Source of the DNA: Callorhinchus milii
Lineage: Eukaryota
Assembly (NCBI RefSeq): GCF_018977255.1
Contig: NW_024704751.1
Span: 7,192,001 to 7,256,000, forward strand
DNA length: 64,000 bases
Direction: 5' to 3'
This document shows, one piece after another, positions 12,341-27,200 of this stretch. Within the stretch, counting starts at the first letter, position 1, and each line of letters begins with the position of its first letter. A program made the translations under genes and the position numbers. The notes beneath the pieces were generated by a model. That model saw nothing but the letters and a program-made list of their open reading frames with translations, had not been told where the DNA came from and ran no database searches.

Positions 12341-15300
12341 ATGCAAGCCTTTCTGATCATCTTCGTCAGCTTCTGGTTACCTTATTCCAGTCTGGCATCA
12401 GGTAAGTCTGTCTCCAACCAATATTTCCCTCTTCCCTCCTTTTAATTCGTTCGAAAAAAGTTATTTGTCAACTGATGTCTACTAATGCCAGATTTGTGTA
12501 CTAACATCAGGCAAAGGCTCTCTCTCCCCTCTTTCTCTGCCTCCCTCTCTCGTTCTGCTTCTCTCTCTATTTCTCTGCCACTCCCCCCCCCCCACCCCCC
12601 CCCCCCCCCACTCCCCCTCCTCTCTCTCTCCCTCTCCCTTTCTCAACTGCAAGTCAGTTAATGTTAAGGAATTTTTAATAAAAAAAATGCATTTTTGAAA
12701 GACTGCCCGAGAAATGCTTACCCACTAAATCAGAAACTTTGGACTTGAAACTTCCAGTGTATTTTTCTGTTTTGGCCAAAATCGGTGGTCTGTGAAAGAG
12801 ATTTGATCTCTCCCTTTGGCTCTCCCCCATCCTACCCACCAGCATGTGACCTTTTATTTAAGATGTCCTGTCTGGCTCAAGAAACTGACAACCGAGACTA
12901 CCGCAGAGGTTTGACTCGATTTCGAAATTCCACTGGACTTTCATGAGACAGCCTGTGTGACGGGCCAGCCAGCCTTTGATTTGGGATTTATTTTGTTTGC
13001 TTCCTTTTTTCCCCATTGGACTGGGATGGGAGCAAAAAGGAATGGAAGTAAAGGAATTTTAAGGTCTGGTCTTTACGACAACAACAACCGAGCCGGAGAG
13101 AGGGGAGAGGGGAGAGGGGAGTGTAGGCATGGTCGAAAAAGAAGGTCTTCAGGCACGACGAAGATGGGGAAGGAAGAGGGCAAAACTGAGGGATTAAGGG
13201 AGAGTGTTCCAGAGTTTCAGGGCTATGTGGATGAAACCACCATGGAACGGAGCACATGAGGGAGAAGCAGAGGCTTGAGCCAGTTGAGTGGAGGCAGCAG
13301 GTAGTGGGTTGTGGAGGGAGTAAGCAAGTTAGAAAGGTAGGGAGGTGCCAGGTCACTAAGGGATTTGAAGACAAGTGTGAGATCTTGAAATTGAGATCCC
13401 TTTAAGAAATTGTATTGAGGCGATGAAAGAGTAAAAGCTACCAGATTGGGTTGGGAGAAGTCTGACCAGTGAGGACTGGTGACCTGTTCGATAGGGGAGT
13501 CAATCTGTGGGAAGGAGATGTTTTTTGGTCAACTGGTGTCTTGACACAAGGGGAAACCCACAACCCTGCTTAAGAGTATCCAAACTAGACTGAGAGTTCC
13601 ACATACAGTAAACCTCTGATATATCATCACTCCAAGGGAAAAGAGCTCAGTCATTCTATTGGGGTGGCTATGCAGGCAGGAGTCCTCTGGGGAGACTTGG
13701 GGGTGCTGTGACCAGGAGGACCTACACTAATACACACTGAGCTTGTGCAGAGCGAGCAGCTGACAGTATGACAGAGCGGCCTCTGCCCCCACAGCTGTCA
13801 GTTTATTTGTTAAAACTTGTTTAAGTTAAGTTCAGTAAAAGTTTATGTGAAGGCAGATGTGTATCTGAAAAAAAAACCTTGTTTGTTCATTTTGCTCATT
13901 TTAACAAACTGGATCACTTAGACTTTAAGAATCAGGCAGAACCTCACAGAAGGCAAGGGCTAAAACTTCCATTCGTAGAGATCTTGCCACCAAAGTCACT
14001 ACAGCCAAGCACACAGAATCTCTGGAAGAGCACTTCAGGTAAATTCGCTCCAATGATGCAGTATATCCGATATTTTACTTACTGGGAGGTGGAGAAAGCG
14101 ACGTTATATGTTACAAGCGAATGCTGAAATAAGGTGTGTGGGGTTCCTTATTCACATTAGTATGTGATGATATAGGCCAGAATTTTATTGTCTGGGGTTT
14201 TATTTATCGTCTATTTGCCACCCACTTGCGGAGATATTCCTATATCTGATTGGAATGGAGTGGACTATGCACGCTCTATTCTTTGTCCCCCCACCCCACC
14301 TGACTGAGAAATGTACTCTGCCAACTAGTTTCCGGTGATAGCAGCTACAGTTTTGGCAAGGGCCAACAATGTGCAATTGTGGTAACTGCTGGAGTTTTAA
14401 CCAACTAAAATCGCATAGCTTGGCACCGAGAATACTGTCTGCCAACCTTCCCGTTTCTTGTCTTACTAGGACCACCCAACCCACTGGTGCTTTGGCTTGT
14501 AGGGTTATAACAGGAGCCAAGTGGGCAGAATCCCTGCCCCAGTCTGCCCCTCCCAAGTTGTACTGATGAGCCAGTCTGGCTGGTCTGTCATTAGCAGTAG
14601 CCTTAGGAGTATTGGCTCAGGGACTGGATTACCAGGACCACCACATAGGATTGGCTTGATTTCATAATTCTATTGGACCTTTATAGGACAGCTTGTGTGA
14701 CGTGCCACCCACTTTGATGTTCTAGAGGTCAAGGACCAATGCCAGGCTTACTCAACAACCAGAAGGGTAATCCCAGTCCTCGTGTGAGATGAAGTGAAGA
14801 GACTTGCCTGCCGTGAAGCCGAGGTTCTAGCTGCGATCCACACCGTACATGCGTGCTGGGTTGTCTGGTGGTGGTTTATAAATGGTTAATTTCCCTGCAA
14901 CTGTGCCAGTTTGGGGTTTCTCAGTACCCGCTTTCTCTTTCACCGAAGCAACAGCTGTTCCTTCACAAACTGTGCCCATTCTATATGCCACACTGGCAGA
15001 GCCTGTGCTCGGGGAGGGGGAGCGTAACAATAGCCCTGTTTATAGTGATATGCTCACTGGATGTGGCGTCATCTCGCCCCGTTGGTGCTGAATCCTATCG
15101 ATCACATCTGGGGTTGTTGCAGACCACGGTTTATGGTGACTAATGTCGTTCTTATAGTAAAGAGACTATAAAGAATGACATAACGACAGACACCAGAGGC
15201 AGAATGTATACACTGCAACAAGAAAAATGGTAATAACTCCTGCATTTGATGCCGTGGCCTTTCACTTTGGGAGGACATTTCAAAGTGTTTCACAGGATTT

Positions 15301-18300
15301 ACTTGAAAGTAGTGTTGATGAATCTGTAGTAACTGTGAGTTTAGCAGGCAAACGCAGCAGCCAATTTATGCACAGCAACATCTCGCAAACAGTCCTGAAG
15401 TGAACAATTGTTTTTATCTATGGGACTTTTGTCCAGGGCACACCTCCGACAATATGGCACCCCCCACCCCCGATGTAAATCTGACGTAAAACTTTAATCC
15501 ACAACCTCTGACTCCGAGGCAAGAGCATCATCGACTGAGCCCAGTGGACATCTAATCATCCATTGCAATGGTTCCTGGTCTGAACTTGGAATCGGCGTTG
15601 AGTTTCTGCTGAGGATGCTTCGTGCAGTATCCTGACGCTGTTTATGTGCTATGATTAGAGTCAGTCTTGATTTAAAAATCGTTATAAAAACAGTGACTTG
15701 AATGGTTCTTGGACACACCCATTGACACATCCATTTGATCTCAAGGGAAAATTGAGGAAGGGAGTAATGATTCCTTTATTGTCCTACAAACTCAGCACAG
15801 ACCTAATCACCATAGACCTACAGATACACAGTCACTGCACTTTACAGTAATTCCTGTTAAGCGCTTTGAGAAGCTTGCCTACGAATGCACATTTTACATT
15901 CAGATGGTATGATAAGGTACTATATCAAGTACAATTTACTTATACGATTTATATATAACTTTGCATAACTTAGTTTGCAGGTTTATCTGTAATTCATACT
16001 TTGCATAAGTCATATTAAATGTTATGGTCCTGACTGATATAACTTATGTATCTTTACCTATACTATTATTATCCTTTTCTGATAACAGTAACAGCCTTCC
16101 TAATACTTCTCACGTTACTCCTTTCTTGGGTGGGGATTTATTGCCAGAACCTTCACCTTGTTCAATATCATTTTGAATTAAAAATAGCAGGTATACAGCA
16201 CCTCTCACATTGGATGAATCAATGTGTTTCCTGACTTTCCCAAACAGGCAAGGTTGTTTTCGAACCCAAAATAATTCCTAACCTATAGTCATCCGTGCTT
16301 TGTGACTATTTTCTTTGTGTTAGATCATTGATATAGCGATATCCATTGTTCACAGTCCCTGTATTCTATCTTTCTAATCAATATTGCAGCCGATTATTAT
16401 TTTAAAATCTATTGAATCTGTCGTGAACAATAGCAAAATCTGATACGCGTCAGCACCTACAGCTCAGCCGGTTGCACTCTCGCCTCTGAGTGAGAAGGTT
16501 GAGGTCGTATAGTCAGTCTAGGTTGACGCCCCAGTACAGTACTGGAGGAGCACCGCATTGTCGGAAGCACCATCCTTCATGTTAGTCATTAAACTGAGCT
16601 CAGGCAGACATTAAAGATCCCATGGCACTAGTCAAAAAAAGAAGGGAGTTAATCTCTCTCCCGCTACCCTGGCTGACAATCCCCACCAGATAAAATTGGT
16701 CGTTCATGTCAGGTCTGTTTGTCGGACATTGCTGTGCACAAATTGGCTGCAAAAATACACAGTCCCTCCACTTTACAGTGACCCTATGAAATGCTTTGAG
16801 ATAACTTGTTGGCGTGACAGGGTGTGGCATCAAATGCAAAAATCATTACCATTCACTGGACGACTTGTACTGGTTTCTGGATTTACTGGCAAGTAGATAG
16901 CAGTAACAATTTAAAGAAAGGCATGATGACTGTGCAGATTTCTCACCACAAGGTTGGCTTCTAAGTTAATGACCAAATTGATTGTAGGCTCTTATCTCGT
17001 ACACTCCCTGCACCTGGGATCTGGAACGCAGTGACATTAGTGTTAAAAATAATAATAATTCTTCCATTTGTGTTGTTACAGCACTCGGGAAGAGCAAAAA
17101 CAGTTTGCACTTTATGCTGCACCTTTCAAATAGGGTATGACAACTGTTAAGTGTTTCAAAGCACTTACAGAGCCAGAGTGGGACCCCAAGCTGGGTGAGG
17201 GCTATGGGGATAAGTGTGTGTTTGGTAGGTGAACACAGCAGCCAATTTATGTACAGCAACACCCTACAAACAGCCAGGAAGTGAATGATCAATTTAACCT
17301 GGTAGGGGGGACCTCACGGGAAATACCCTTCTCTTTTCCAGCAAGATCTTTAATCTCTGAACAGGGCACAGACTGGGGGACTCGGACTAAAGTTTCATCC
17401 AAAGGACGGTGCCCTGACAATGCCGTGCTTCCAGCACTGCATTGGAGCATCAGCCTCAGCCATGTGAGCTCAAAGTCCTGATGTGTGGTTTAAAACCACA
17501 ACCTTTGAACTCGGCGGCAAGACTGGTGACCGACTGAACCAGGCTAACACCCAACTGAGAGCATGAGTTGGTCAGTAAGACCACTGAACAGGCTGTGTCC
17601 ACACTGCACAAATGACACTCCATGGGTTGCATGGTGACTAGCTGAGACACGTGAGCTCCATGTGGGCTCCTGCATTGTCTTTTGACTGATGGCCTTTAAC
17701 CCTGTGACATTTATGGATTGACAAACCAATCGTCCCATTTATTAAATTAAGTAGTGATGAGAACGGTTCACTCCTTTTGGAACACACTTTGCCTATGAGT
17801 TTGGATGTTGGTTAATCTTCATTAAACAAAGGTCTAGGATTACCGCCAGAGTCCTGTCGTGTGACATTCCTACATATTCCCCTGCTCATATGGAAGTGGT
17901 TTGGTTTCATTACGTCACCTCTTATTGCAAAAGAATTGGCTCCTATAACCGATTAAATGGGCTTTAGGTCAACTAATACTCCTTGCATTTGATTCAGCAA
18001 CAACGCGTTTCCAAAGTAAAGTCAGATGACCACTTGCACTCTACAGTAAAATCCTGTGAAGCGCTTTGAGATGTCCTTACCAGCATGTAAGGTGCTCTTA
18101 TCACTTGTAAGAATTATTATTCGTTCATATATTTGTAAGCAACGTTGCAAAGAATTGATTGCTCAGTGGATCATTAGCTTAATCGGTAATTGACGGTGAA
18201 TCTTTCTCGGTGACATAGTTTTGGCACCACAGAGAATGTGAGGATCAGGGAAACGTGAGCAGCATTAATGTTGCAATGATCCACTCGCAAATCGCTTCAT

Positions 18301-21300
18301 TGCTCATCAGTTGGGTTCCACTGATGCCCTCCCCCACTTTCAAAACCTGTCTGAAGACCTTCCTCTTTGACTGCGTCTTCAACCACCTTCCCCCCTACTC
18401 CCCGCTTACCCTTTCACCCTCCCAGTTCGTCGCCCCTCCCCCCTGAAAAAAACTCTTTGTCTAAGGCTTTGAAACCTTCCCCCTGTGAAAGCATTTCTCT
18501 CTAAACAAGGGCAAATTATTGCTGCTCAAGTCATTCGCTGAATGTGCTGAATATTCAAAGCATCTCGCTTGGCGCATCCGTCCGTCATGTAACAATGAGG
18601 GAGTTTTGGTATTCCGCTGATGACCGTGACTGTTCGTTGGTTGTAGAGCTGACTGAAAGCTCCCATTGCCCCGTGTTTGGTTACATCTGCCCCTCAGATG
18701 GCGGCTGGGGATTAATGTGAGAGTCGTTATTAAGCAAAAGCGACAAAAGGGCCNAAAAAGAAAACTAATCGTGACGATTTACTGTAGCGAAGTACACAGA
18801 TCAGTTTAAACCATTCTCTGCACTGAAGGCACGCTCAGTTACCTGTGTAATGATACGTTGCTCTGATCCTAACACAGTCTCAGTTTTAAACAACAACTAC
18901 AACTTGCACTTATACAGCGCCCTCCATGCAGGATAGCATCTCAGAGCGCTGCGCATTAACAGGTTTTCAGGTCGCCTCACATTGTGGAGCTCATCTTATA
19001 ATTGAGCTTCTACCTGCTCAGATCATTGGGTTCCACTTACCAAAGAAAAAGGAAAATGGCATAGATAGAAAACGCAGAGAGACGGAAATGAATGACACTC
19101 GCTCGGTGATTAAACTGCCCCCAGCGAACAAACAGAGGCAACCTAGGCACAAAACTTCACCTCATTTGTAACCTGCGGGGAGTGTTTGGGTGTCATCCTG
19201 TGGCTCAGTCTGTAGCGCTGTTGCCTCGTCTCCGAGCCAAAAGTCTGCGGGTTCAGCATCTCGTAGTCTCGGCTGATGCTCCAGAGCAACGATGGGGTTT
19301 TGTGCCATGTTGTCGGGAGGTTCCGTCCTTCGGATGAGAGTTAAACCGAGCTTTCCGTCTACCGCTCAGGTGGATGTTAAAGATCCCTGGGCACTCAAAA
19401 AGAGAAGAGAGTTTCCCCCCTTCCCCCCCATATAAAAATTAGTTGCACACTTCACGGCTACACTTCACATTAAAATCCCGTGAAGCACTTTGTGATGTCC
19501 AGCCATTGTGAACGGCATTTATCGAATGTAAAGATGGTTAATTATTAATATTTTTCGGCTTTGGTCACATTGACTCATGTAGCCTACATGACCACAGTCA
19601 TTGCATGTCAAAGTAACTGAGTGCTCGGAGGCGAATATGACAAAAATTGCAAAGTTGGGGTGGTTTTGGGGGGGGGTTGGCAAGTTAAGAAACGAACCCA
19701 ACATGAACTCTACGTTTGCCCTCTATTTAGGCAATTGGTGCTACACGAGCCAGGATGCCAGTTGTGGTAAGTCCCTTCCACATTAATGCTAAATATTTTC
19801 CTCTTGGGCCCCTGCTTAAGGCCACAAAATTTCTCGTGGTGACAGCCTTGAGACCATCATCTTAATAACTTGCCCCTACCAACCCGCCCGTTCCCTCCAC
19901 TCAGCCGACTCTGGCCTGCTCCATGTCCCCCGACGCACTCACCCCACCATTGGCGGGAGAGCCTTCAGCCACTCTGCCCCCAACCTCTGGAAATCCATCC
20001 CCCAGTCACTCTGCCTCACCCCCTCCTTAGCCTCCATCAAGTCCCACCTCAAGACGCTCCTCTTCGACCATGCCATCGGCCATCCTCCTTTCCCTCCCCT
20101 ACCTTCCCCCCCCTCAACCCCAGCTCGGGTCTGAAGTGCTGTACTCTTTCCAGTGCCTTGGGATATCCTCCCGACGTGAAAGACACTATACAAATGTAAT
20201 CTTGTTGTTGTTGTTGTTGTTTTCCACAATTCTTAGAAACAACCAAACTTAACGATTTCCCCAATTTCCGAGCAATGTCAAAGTTTAAGATATCGAGGAG
20301 GGGATCTTAAGGCTAAAACTGTGAGAAATTAGGGGCCTCAGGCGTTCATTAACGCTTCCCCCCCCCCACCCTCCAAACCAAATAACAACAGCAAATTGCA
20401 TCTATACAGTGCCTTTCCCGTCGGGAAGTCTTTCCAAGGGGTTGGACAGTCGAGGGCGAGGGAGGGCAAGGGTAGGAAGGCTACTGAAGGAGGCAAGGGA
20501 GGGGGCGAGGCAGAGGGACTATGAAATATATAAAGGTAACTAGTCAATTATGTAATTAATAAAGTAATGGATCTGTGAAGCAGAATGTGCTTTTATGTCG
20601 GAGAAGTGTGTATGAGTTGGGGGACTGGGGGTGTCTGAATGTATAAAATTGTCAGATTGGTTCCTCTCTCTAGGCCCTGATCATTGGTCGGTCAACCACC
20701 CAGATTGTGGAAAGCAAAAGCAATCCCCCATCGATATTGTAACCAAAATGGCAAACCATCTGCCTTCACTATGCTCCTTCGTATTCCGGGGCTATGACCA
20801 GATTCCGACCAAAAAGCCCATGATAAAGAACACTGGGCACTCAGGTAAGAGTGCAAACTGCTGGCCACTGTGTGGGACACTGGACAGTGTCTGACCTAGT
20901 TCTGGCTTCATGAGCTTTGCTGTTGATCATGGAGTAGAGTGGGGCAAGGAATGGAGAGAGGAGATGAGAATGAAGAAGGGAGGGGAACAGAGTGCGGCAG
21001 AGGAGAAGGAGAGGGGAGGGGTACTCGTCAATGACAACACAGACTAAGACTAGGTGGAATTTGGGGCCTGGAACAGATGGTGGGGGTGGGGGTGGTGGTG
21101 GATGTGGCCCAGGACAAGTAACAGCAGGATCCTGTGAAGGGGAGAGAGTCAGGGTGGGGGTTATGGGAGGGTGGAGGGTGAGATCAGAAGGAGCTTCCCC
21201 AACACGGACCTCTCAGGTGTCTCTGCTGTTTACAGTTCAGGTGACACTCGAGGAGACTAACACCATCAGTGGCGGAGGCCTGGCCAACACATACAAAGCG

Positions 21301-23823
21301 CTTCAGCTGCACTTTCACTGGGGGACAACCACCACACCTGGAGCAGAGCACACCATAGATGGCACCAGATACCCTATGGAGGTAAAGTGACGGCAGACTT
21401 GAGGGTGTGGTGGGGGTGTTAAGGGGATATCAAGGTGAGAAAGGAGGGAATTGGGGAAATATCTGAAAAGAAGGGATAATGAGAATGTGGGGAAGAGAGA
21501 GCCAGCACATGCACGATGGGCCGAATAGGCTTGTGTACTGGACCTTTCTAGGGTTCTCAATGGAGCAAAGGTGTGGAAATGGGAATAAAAGGTGTCCAGT
21601 GATTTTATAAAGTGGTGGATCAGGCTCTATGGTCAGAATGGCTTCCTGCTGTTCCCATGTATGCAACATTCCAGAGTGAAAGCCTAGACTATGAACTCAT
21701 AACTTTCCCGATGTGGGGGGGCTTGAACCCACAACCATCTGACTCAGAGGCGAGAGTGGTACCAACTTATAATAATAATAATAATAATAATCCTTGCATT
21801 TGATATAGCGCTTTTCACGTCGGGAGGACGTCCCAAAACTTAGTCGGGCTGTCCCACATCTGACCAATTTATTATGGAGTTAATTACTTATTAGGCGGCA
21901 AAGGTTTCGCCCTGCCTGGAATTGAACTCAGGTCTCTCACTTGCAAAGCGAGTGCTCTAACCACTGAGCTACAGGACTCCACAGGGCTGGCATCTGTTAC
22001 TATATGATTACATTAGGGCAAGTTGTTGGGTGCTTTTTAATGGACGTTTCCATGCGATTGTAACGACAATTTGCTATCTTGCTTTCGGCAGATGCACATA
22101 GTCCACAGGAACGAAAAGTACAAAAACATGGAGGAGGCCCTGAATCACACTGATGGTGTGGCTGTGCTGGGGTTCCTGTTCAAAGTGAGTAACGGAGTTC
22201 ATCTCTTATCTATTTATTTATCTCTGTATTCATCCATCCATCCGTCCGTTTATCCGTTCGTCTGTCCTCCGTCCATCCAAACCCATCCATCCTGCCTATC
22301 CATTTAATAATAATAATACTTGCATTTGATACAACACCTGATCACGTCATTGAAACAGCTCAAGGCGCTTCCCAGACTATATTGTAAAGTGGGTTGACTG
22401 TATATTTTGTGGGCGAAATGCAGTAGCCAATTGTGTACAGAAGTGTCCCACAAATTAAGTGGATGAAGTGACCAATTTTTTTTTGGAAGGTTTATTACCG
22501 CCAGAAAGAGGACCCCTAACAACTAGACTAACAACAGGGTTCCTACTTACTGCTTGGTATACAGAGGTGTGTGAAGTAAGGAAATTTGCCTAAGGTTTCG
22601 CCCCGCCAGGGAAACAAACCCAGGTCCTCTCACTTACGAGGCAAGTGCGCTAACTATTATCCTATGGGATGCCTAGCTGCCTATTTACTTATTTACAGGA
22701 AACCAAAGAGATTAATTCGAACTACAAAGACATAATTAACCACTTGAACGATGTCAAGTCAAATGGTAAGATTTTTTTTAACAATGAAGTCTGCCCCATT
22801 TTTTTGCCCCCCTCTTTACGCGGGGTGCGGTATTTGCCAGGCGAGAGCGCAATTGTGTACTGAACAACTGTTAACGAGCTGATTTCAATCGCAGTCAATA
22901 AACTTTGCATTTGATATGGAGCCGTGAATACTTCTGATCATATGTACATGTATATCAAAATTGTATGTCAATGGTAATTGCTATCGAGCGTATTTGTTAG
23001 CAAAAAGCAGGAGCCAATTTGTGCCAACTGAGCAAAGTTCGATGGGTGTGGGATGGGGGGAGACACACAGCAGACAGAGGTGCTATGTCAAAGACATTGC
23101 CATCTCAAGGTTGTACGAAAGTCAGTTGTGAAGATTACAAAGATTAAAATAACCTTTTGAATTTTATTGATGGATTTGTTGCAGATCAGAAAGTGTCTAT
23201 GACCCCCTTTGCCTTGAAGTCATTGCTCCCAAGCGATACAGACCTGAAACACTATTATCGTTACGAGGGTTCGTTGACTACCCCAAGCTGCCAGGAAGCC
23301 GTGATCTGGACCATCTTCCCCAATCCCATTCCTCTCAGGAAGGACCAGGTGAGGCTCAGGCACTAAGATGCCAAAGGCACGGAATTATAATAATATTCTA
23401 TAATGTAATTATTATTAATAATGATCCTCATATTTGATACAGCGATTTTCATGCTCGGAAGGATGTCTAAAAATGTAATGACCGTGTATTTGGTAGGCAA
23501 ATGCACAGCCAATGCACACAGCAGTGTCCCACAACTTGCCATGAAGCGAGCGAGTGATTTTATCTGGGGGCTTGTCAGCCAGGACACCAGGGGAGAAACG
23601 AGTGCTCTGACCACTTATATCTTTACTGTTTCAGCTCAATGCATTTCCAACGAGTTTGTATTTCAGCAAAGAATCGGAGAAACCCAAACCCATGGTGTCC
23701 AACTACAGACCTATTCAGAAGCTGAATAACCGAGTTGTCTACACATCGAAGGGGGTCAGACCCACCAGCGCTGCTGTGCTGACAGTCGTTTTTGTGGCCT
23801 ATCTGTCTACTTCATTCAACTGA
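12341..23823 (+). CDS. CA4: Carbonic anhydrase 4 (GPI-anchored alpha-CA), 8 exons, 308 aa
   Basis: Exons 12341-12401, 19731-19766, 20674-20844, 21236-21381, 22092-22184, 22699-22765, 23185-23348, 23635-23823; all GT-AG and phase-compatible, 927 nt total. Signal peptide [20 protein letters not shown], then WCY, QSPIDI, TGHS (His64), [42 protein letters not shown] and a hydrophobic C-terminus. Proximity to ZNHIT3 favours CA4 over CA15. Confidence 0.9.
16455..16850 (+). mobile_element. SacSINE1/Deu-domain-like SINE (family B), degraded
   Basis: gctcagccggttgcactctcgcctctgagtgagaagg...gcattgtcgga...ttaaagatcccatggcact...ggctgc; homologous to 48870-49335. Confidence 0.65.
22305..22665 (-). mobile_element. 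Family A SINE in CA4 intron 5
   Basis: (TAA)n tail at 22305, core ccaattgtgtacag, head ...gcgcacttgcctcgtaagtgagaggacctgggtt. Confidence 0.7.
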
Positions 23824-24133
23824 GCCCCCCCTCCCACCCCCATCTCATCTGCACAGCCCCTCTCACCTTCCCAGTGCAACGGACGTCAAAGGGGAAGGTC
23901 TGTAAATCAGGTGCCTCAAACCAAAATCAGTATCCATTGTTCTCGCTAACCAGCGTCCACTTCCCATCACTGTGATCCTGAGCCCACCAAAGACAAGAAA
24001 TCATCTGTACCTCCCTCTCTTTCCCTCTCTTCCTCTCTCCCTCGCCCTCTTCTTCTCGCCTTCATTTCTACTGAAGGTGTGTGGGCCGGTGGGGGAAAGG
24101 TAGAGGTGAGGGAGGTGAATGTGGGGAAGGGTG

Positions 24134-24203
24134 AATAGAATAGAATAGAATAGAATAGAATAGAATAGAATAGAATAGAATAGAATAGAATAGAATAGAA
24201 TAG
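24134..24203 (+). repeat. (ATAGA)n pentanucleotide microsatellite in CA4 3' region
   Basis: About 14 perfect units, read directly. Confidence 0.95.
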
Positions 24204-27200
24204 AGAGGAGAATAAGGAAAAGAGAGCAATAGACAACCTTATCAGGAACTTTTTAATATCATTAAGGATTAGGTGGGTTATTTCAGGTTATTTCAATATT
24301 TAGTGACAATTACTGCGAGAAGCTCACCTTCCCAGCTGTATTTATGTACATCTGCACTGGTGGTAACAGCATCGCCATTTTTTTAGACGAAAAGTTTTTA
24401 ACTGCTTTTAGGGAATCTTGTGTCAGGAAACAAAACAAAGCAAGAACAGGGAGGAATACTGGATATTATGCTCAGATAGTTTATGGGAGGCAGAGGGCTT
24501 ATTAAATATGTGGGGTTTTACTGTTAAGTGTGACTGTATACTGGCTCTTTGCTTAAGCTTTTGTTGCAAAAATAAATGCACAGAAAATGTTTTATGTATA
24601 TATATATACAGGTATATTAAACATTTTGCCTGATGTTTTAATTTGTGGGTAGGAGGTAAGTGTGGTGGTGGTGGTGGTGGTGGTGGGGTGGAGGGGGATT
24701 ATAACCAGGGACGTTTGTCTTTATAAGAGTGACAGAGATGCATCAGGTGGAGTTTGAAGCCTGCAAGTCACTCTTATCAGCGATTACTACCATTGATAGT
24801 AGTGAGGACATGTGATGATCTGTCAGTACATTGACTCCAACTTGGGTGGGATCGGGCTGGGAGTGGGGATGTGCCTTAATTCTCGAGTAATATTTTTCGT
24901 GTCTGGCGAGACATGACCCGATGGTTACAAACGGGTGTGAATCAGCGGAGATTCTTGTAATATTCCGTATTTTATCTTTCTCTGTTTTAATTCTCATTTT
25001 TCTATGTAAAATCACAGAGGAAACCTGTAACTCTCGTCAGCTTTTCGACTCTGGTCTTGTAGGCGGTAGTAAAATATTTGCAAATTTGCCCCCCAAATTC
25101 CTATTCCCCCTCCCTCTCTGCCCATTCTCCCTGTGCCCCCACTACCCCACCACCTCTCCGCCTTCACTTTACTTACTGATTGATATCAATAAAAAGCATT
25201 GTGCAATCAATCTTGTTCCTGCTTTTTATTATGCCCCAGAAGACAAGCTGTGCTTTTATGATAACTGGACTCTGCATCTCTTACAGTCGGTTGAGTATCG
25301 CAAATTTCGGAGGACAAGTGGTGTGTCGCCATGTCTAAGTAGGATCATAGTGAGTTTGCCTCACAAGCGAGAGGACCCCAGTTTGAAACCTTAGAAAAGT
25401 TTTGTTACTCCACACGCCTCGGTTTACCCGGCAGTAAATAGGAACCCGATTGTTAGTCGATTGGCGGATCACTTTCCGGGAATAATAATCCCTCCAAAAA
25501 AAAATGTAGGCACTCAATCCACGACTCTTTCTGCGTAATTGGCTGCTGTTTTTCGCTCATAAAATACACAGTCAATTCATTTTATAATGTGTTTTGTGAA
25601 GCGTTTTGAAACATCTTAAATGATGTGATAAGGTGCTATATCAAATGCAAGGATTGCTTTATTATTATTATGATTAAATCGAGCTCCCGCCTGCACCCTA
25701 TTCAAGTGGACATTAAAGATCCTGTAGGGCTATTGAAAAAGTGTTTCTCTCCCCCACCCGCGCGCACACAGGTAAAATTTGCTTCATGGCTGTTTGTCTG
25801 CTCACAGCCACTACATTTCACCAAAGTGTTGCAAAGCATTTGAGACTGTATCAGATAAGGGGAATATCGTTTTTTTAATGAACTTTCTGATAATATGAAC
25901 GATCCAGAGATCCCTTCAGTCCAAGGGTTCAGAGAACTGAATTCAGTGGCAATCTAACTCTGATAGAATGGTTTACAGTGTGATACAGGCTACAAACTCC
26001 AACTCACACACCCCGCCATTGATAAAGCCAAAGTCCCAGGTTATGACTCAAGAAATGACATGACTTTAGGTTTTGAGTCAACATTTCTACTTGTTTTCAT
26101 GCCAGAGACTCTCAGATTACGATATTTCAGATTGTAAAAACATGCTTAACAAGGAACTAAAATAAACTTCATCCATAGAAACACACCCAGTGTTTAGACA
26201 ATACAGATAAGATTCACGATTAGTGATGTTAGCCTTGGCAAAGGGCAACAACAGAGACAATACCTCTTCTGTATCATTCCCGCAATTGCATCCAATGCAC
26301 ACTGTGGAGTCCCCAAGCTTTGGCTCTTGCCAACCTGCACCTAACCCTCTCTGGAATTAGCTAAGCAGAATGAATCCTTCCTGGGAGAGAGTGCGCATTC
26401 CATTCCAATATAATTCTTCTTGGGAATTTCCATGTGTAGATGATGCTAAAAAGTCTAACAGATTCTCAGCGTTTAACAATCAGCATTAGTTAAATTGGCC
26501 CTCACACTCAGTCTCAATGACCAGACATGCTTTGATCAGGATGTCATTTTGTTAAGTTAACATGCATAAGCTTGGCAATCAGTTGGCCTTATCTATCAGC
26601 TCCGATCTTGGTGGCCAATTGACCCTTTAAAAGACTTTAAATACTCACCGTAACAAACATCAACAACAACCCAGACCCTATGGGGAGCATGAACAATACA
26701 CAACTTCCGGAGATCACAGGGAGAGAATGAAATTGTGACGTTACTCACCACAACAATTGCTCCAATGAGTCCAAATATAATATGAAATTTTGACATATCC
26801 CACCCCTCCCTGCTTCTCTCTCTCTCTCCTTTCTCTCTCTCTTCCCCCCTCTCTTATTAAAAGAGTTTATAACACATTAATTACACTCATTCAACTTCAC
26901 GGCTGTTTTGCAGAGACGTCACTGAGTGCAAATTGGCTGCCGCGTTTGCCTGTAAAACACACACACACGGTCACAACACTTTTGTAGTAAAACCCGATGA
27001 AGTCATTCTGTCGGGACAGCAGTTGTCCTGGAGCCAAGAGTGGAGGCAGGGAGGTGGAGTTGGGTGTCATCTGCACACATGTGGAATTCACTCTACAATA
27101 TATTGTGTGACAGAATTTTGAGATGTCTCAATGACGTAAGACATGATATCAAATGCTCTGGGCAAGATCGCTTTCTCCTCTATTTCCTCTCATCCCAGGG

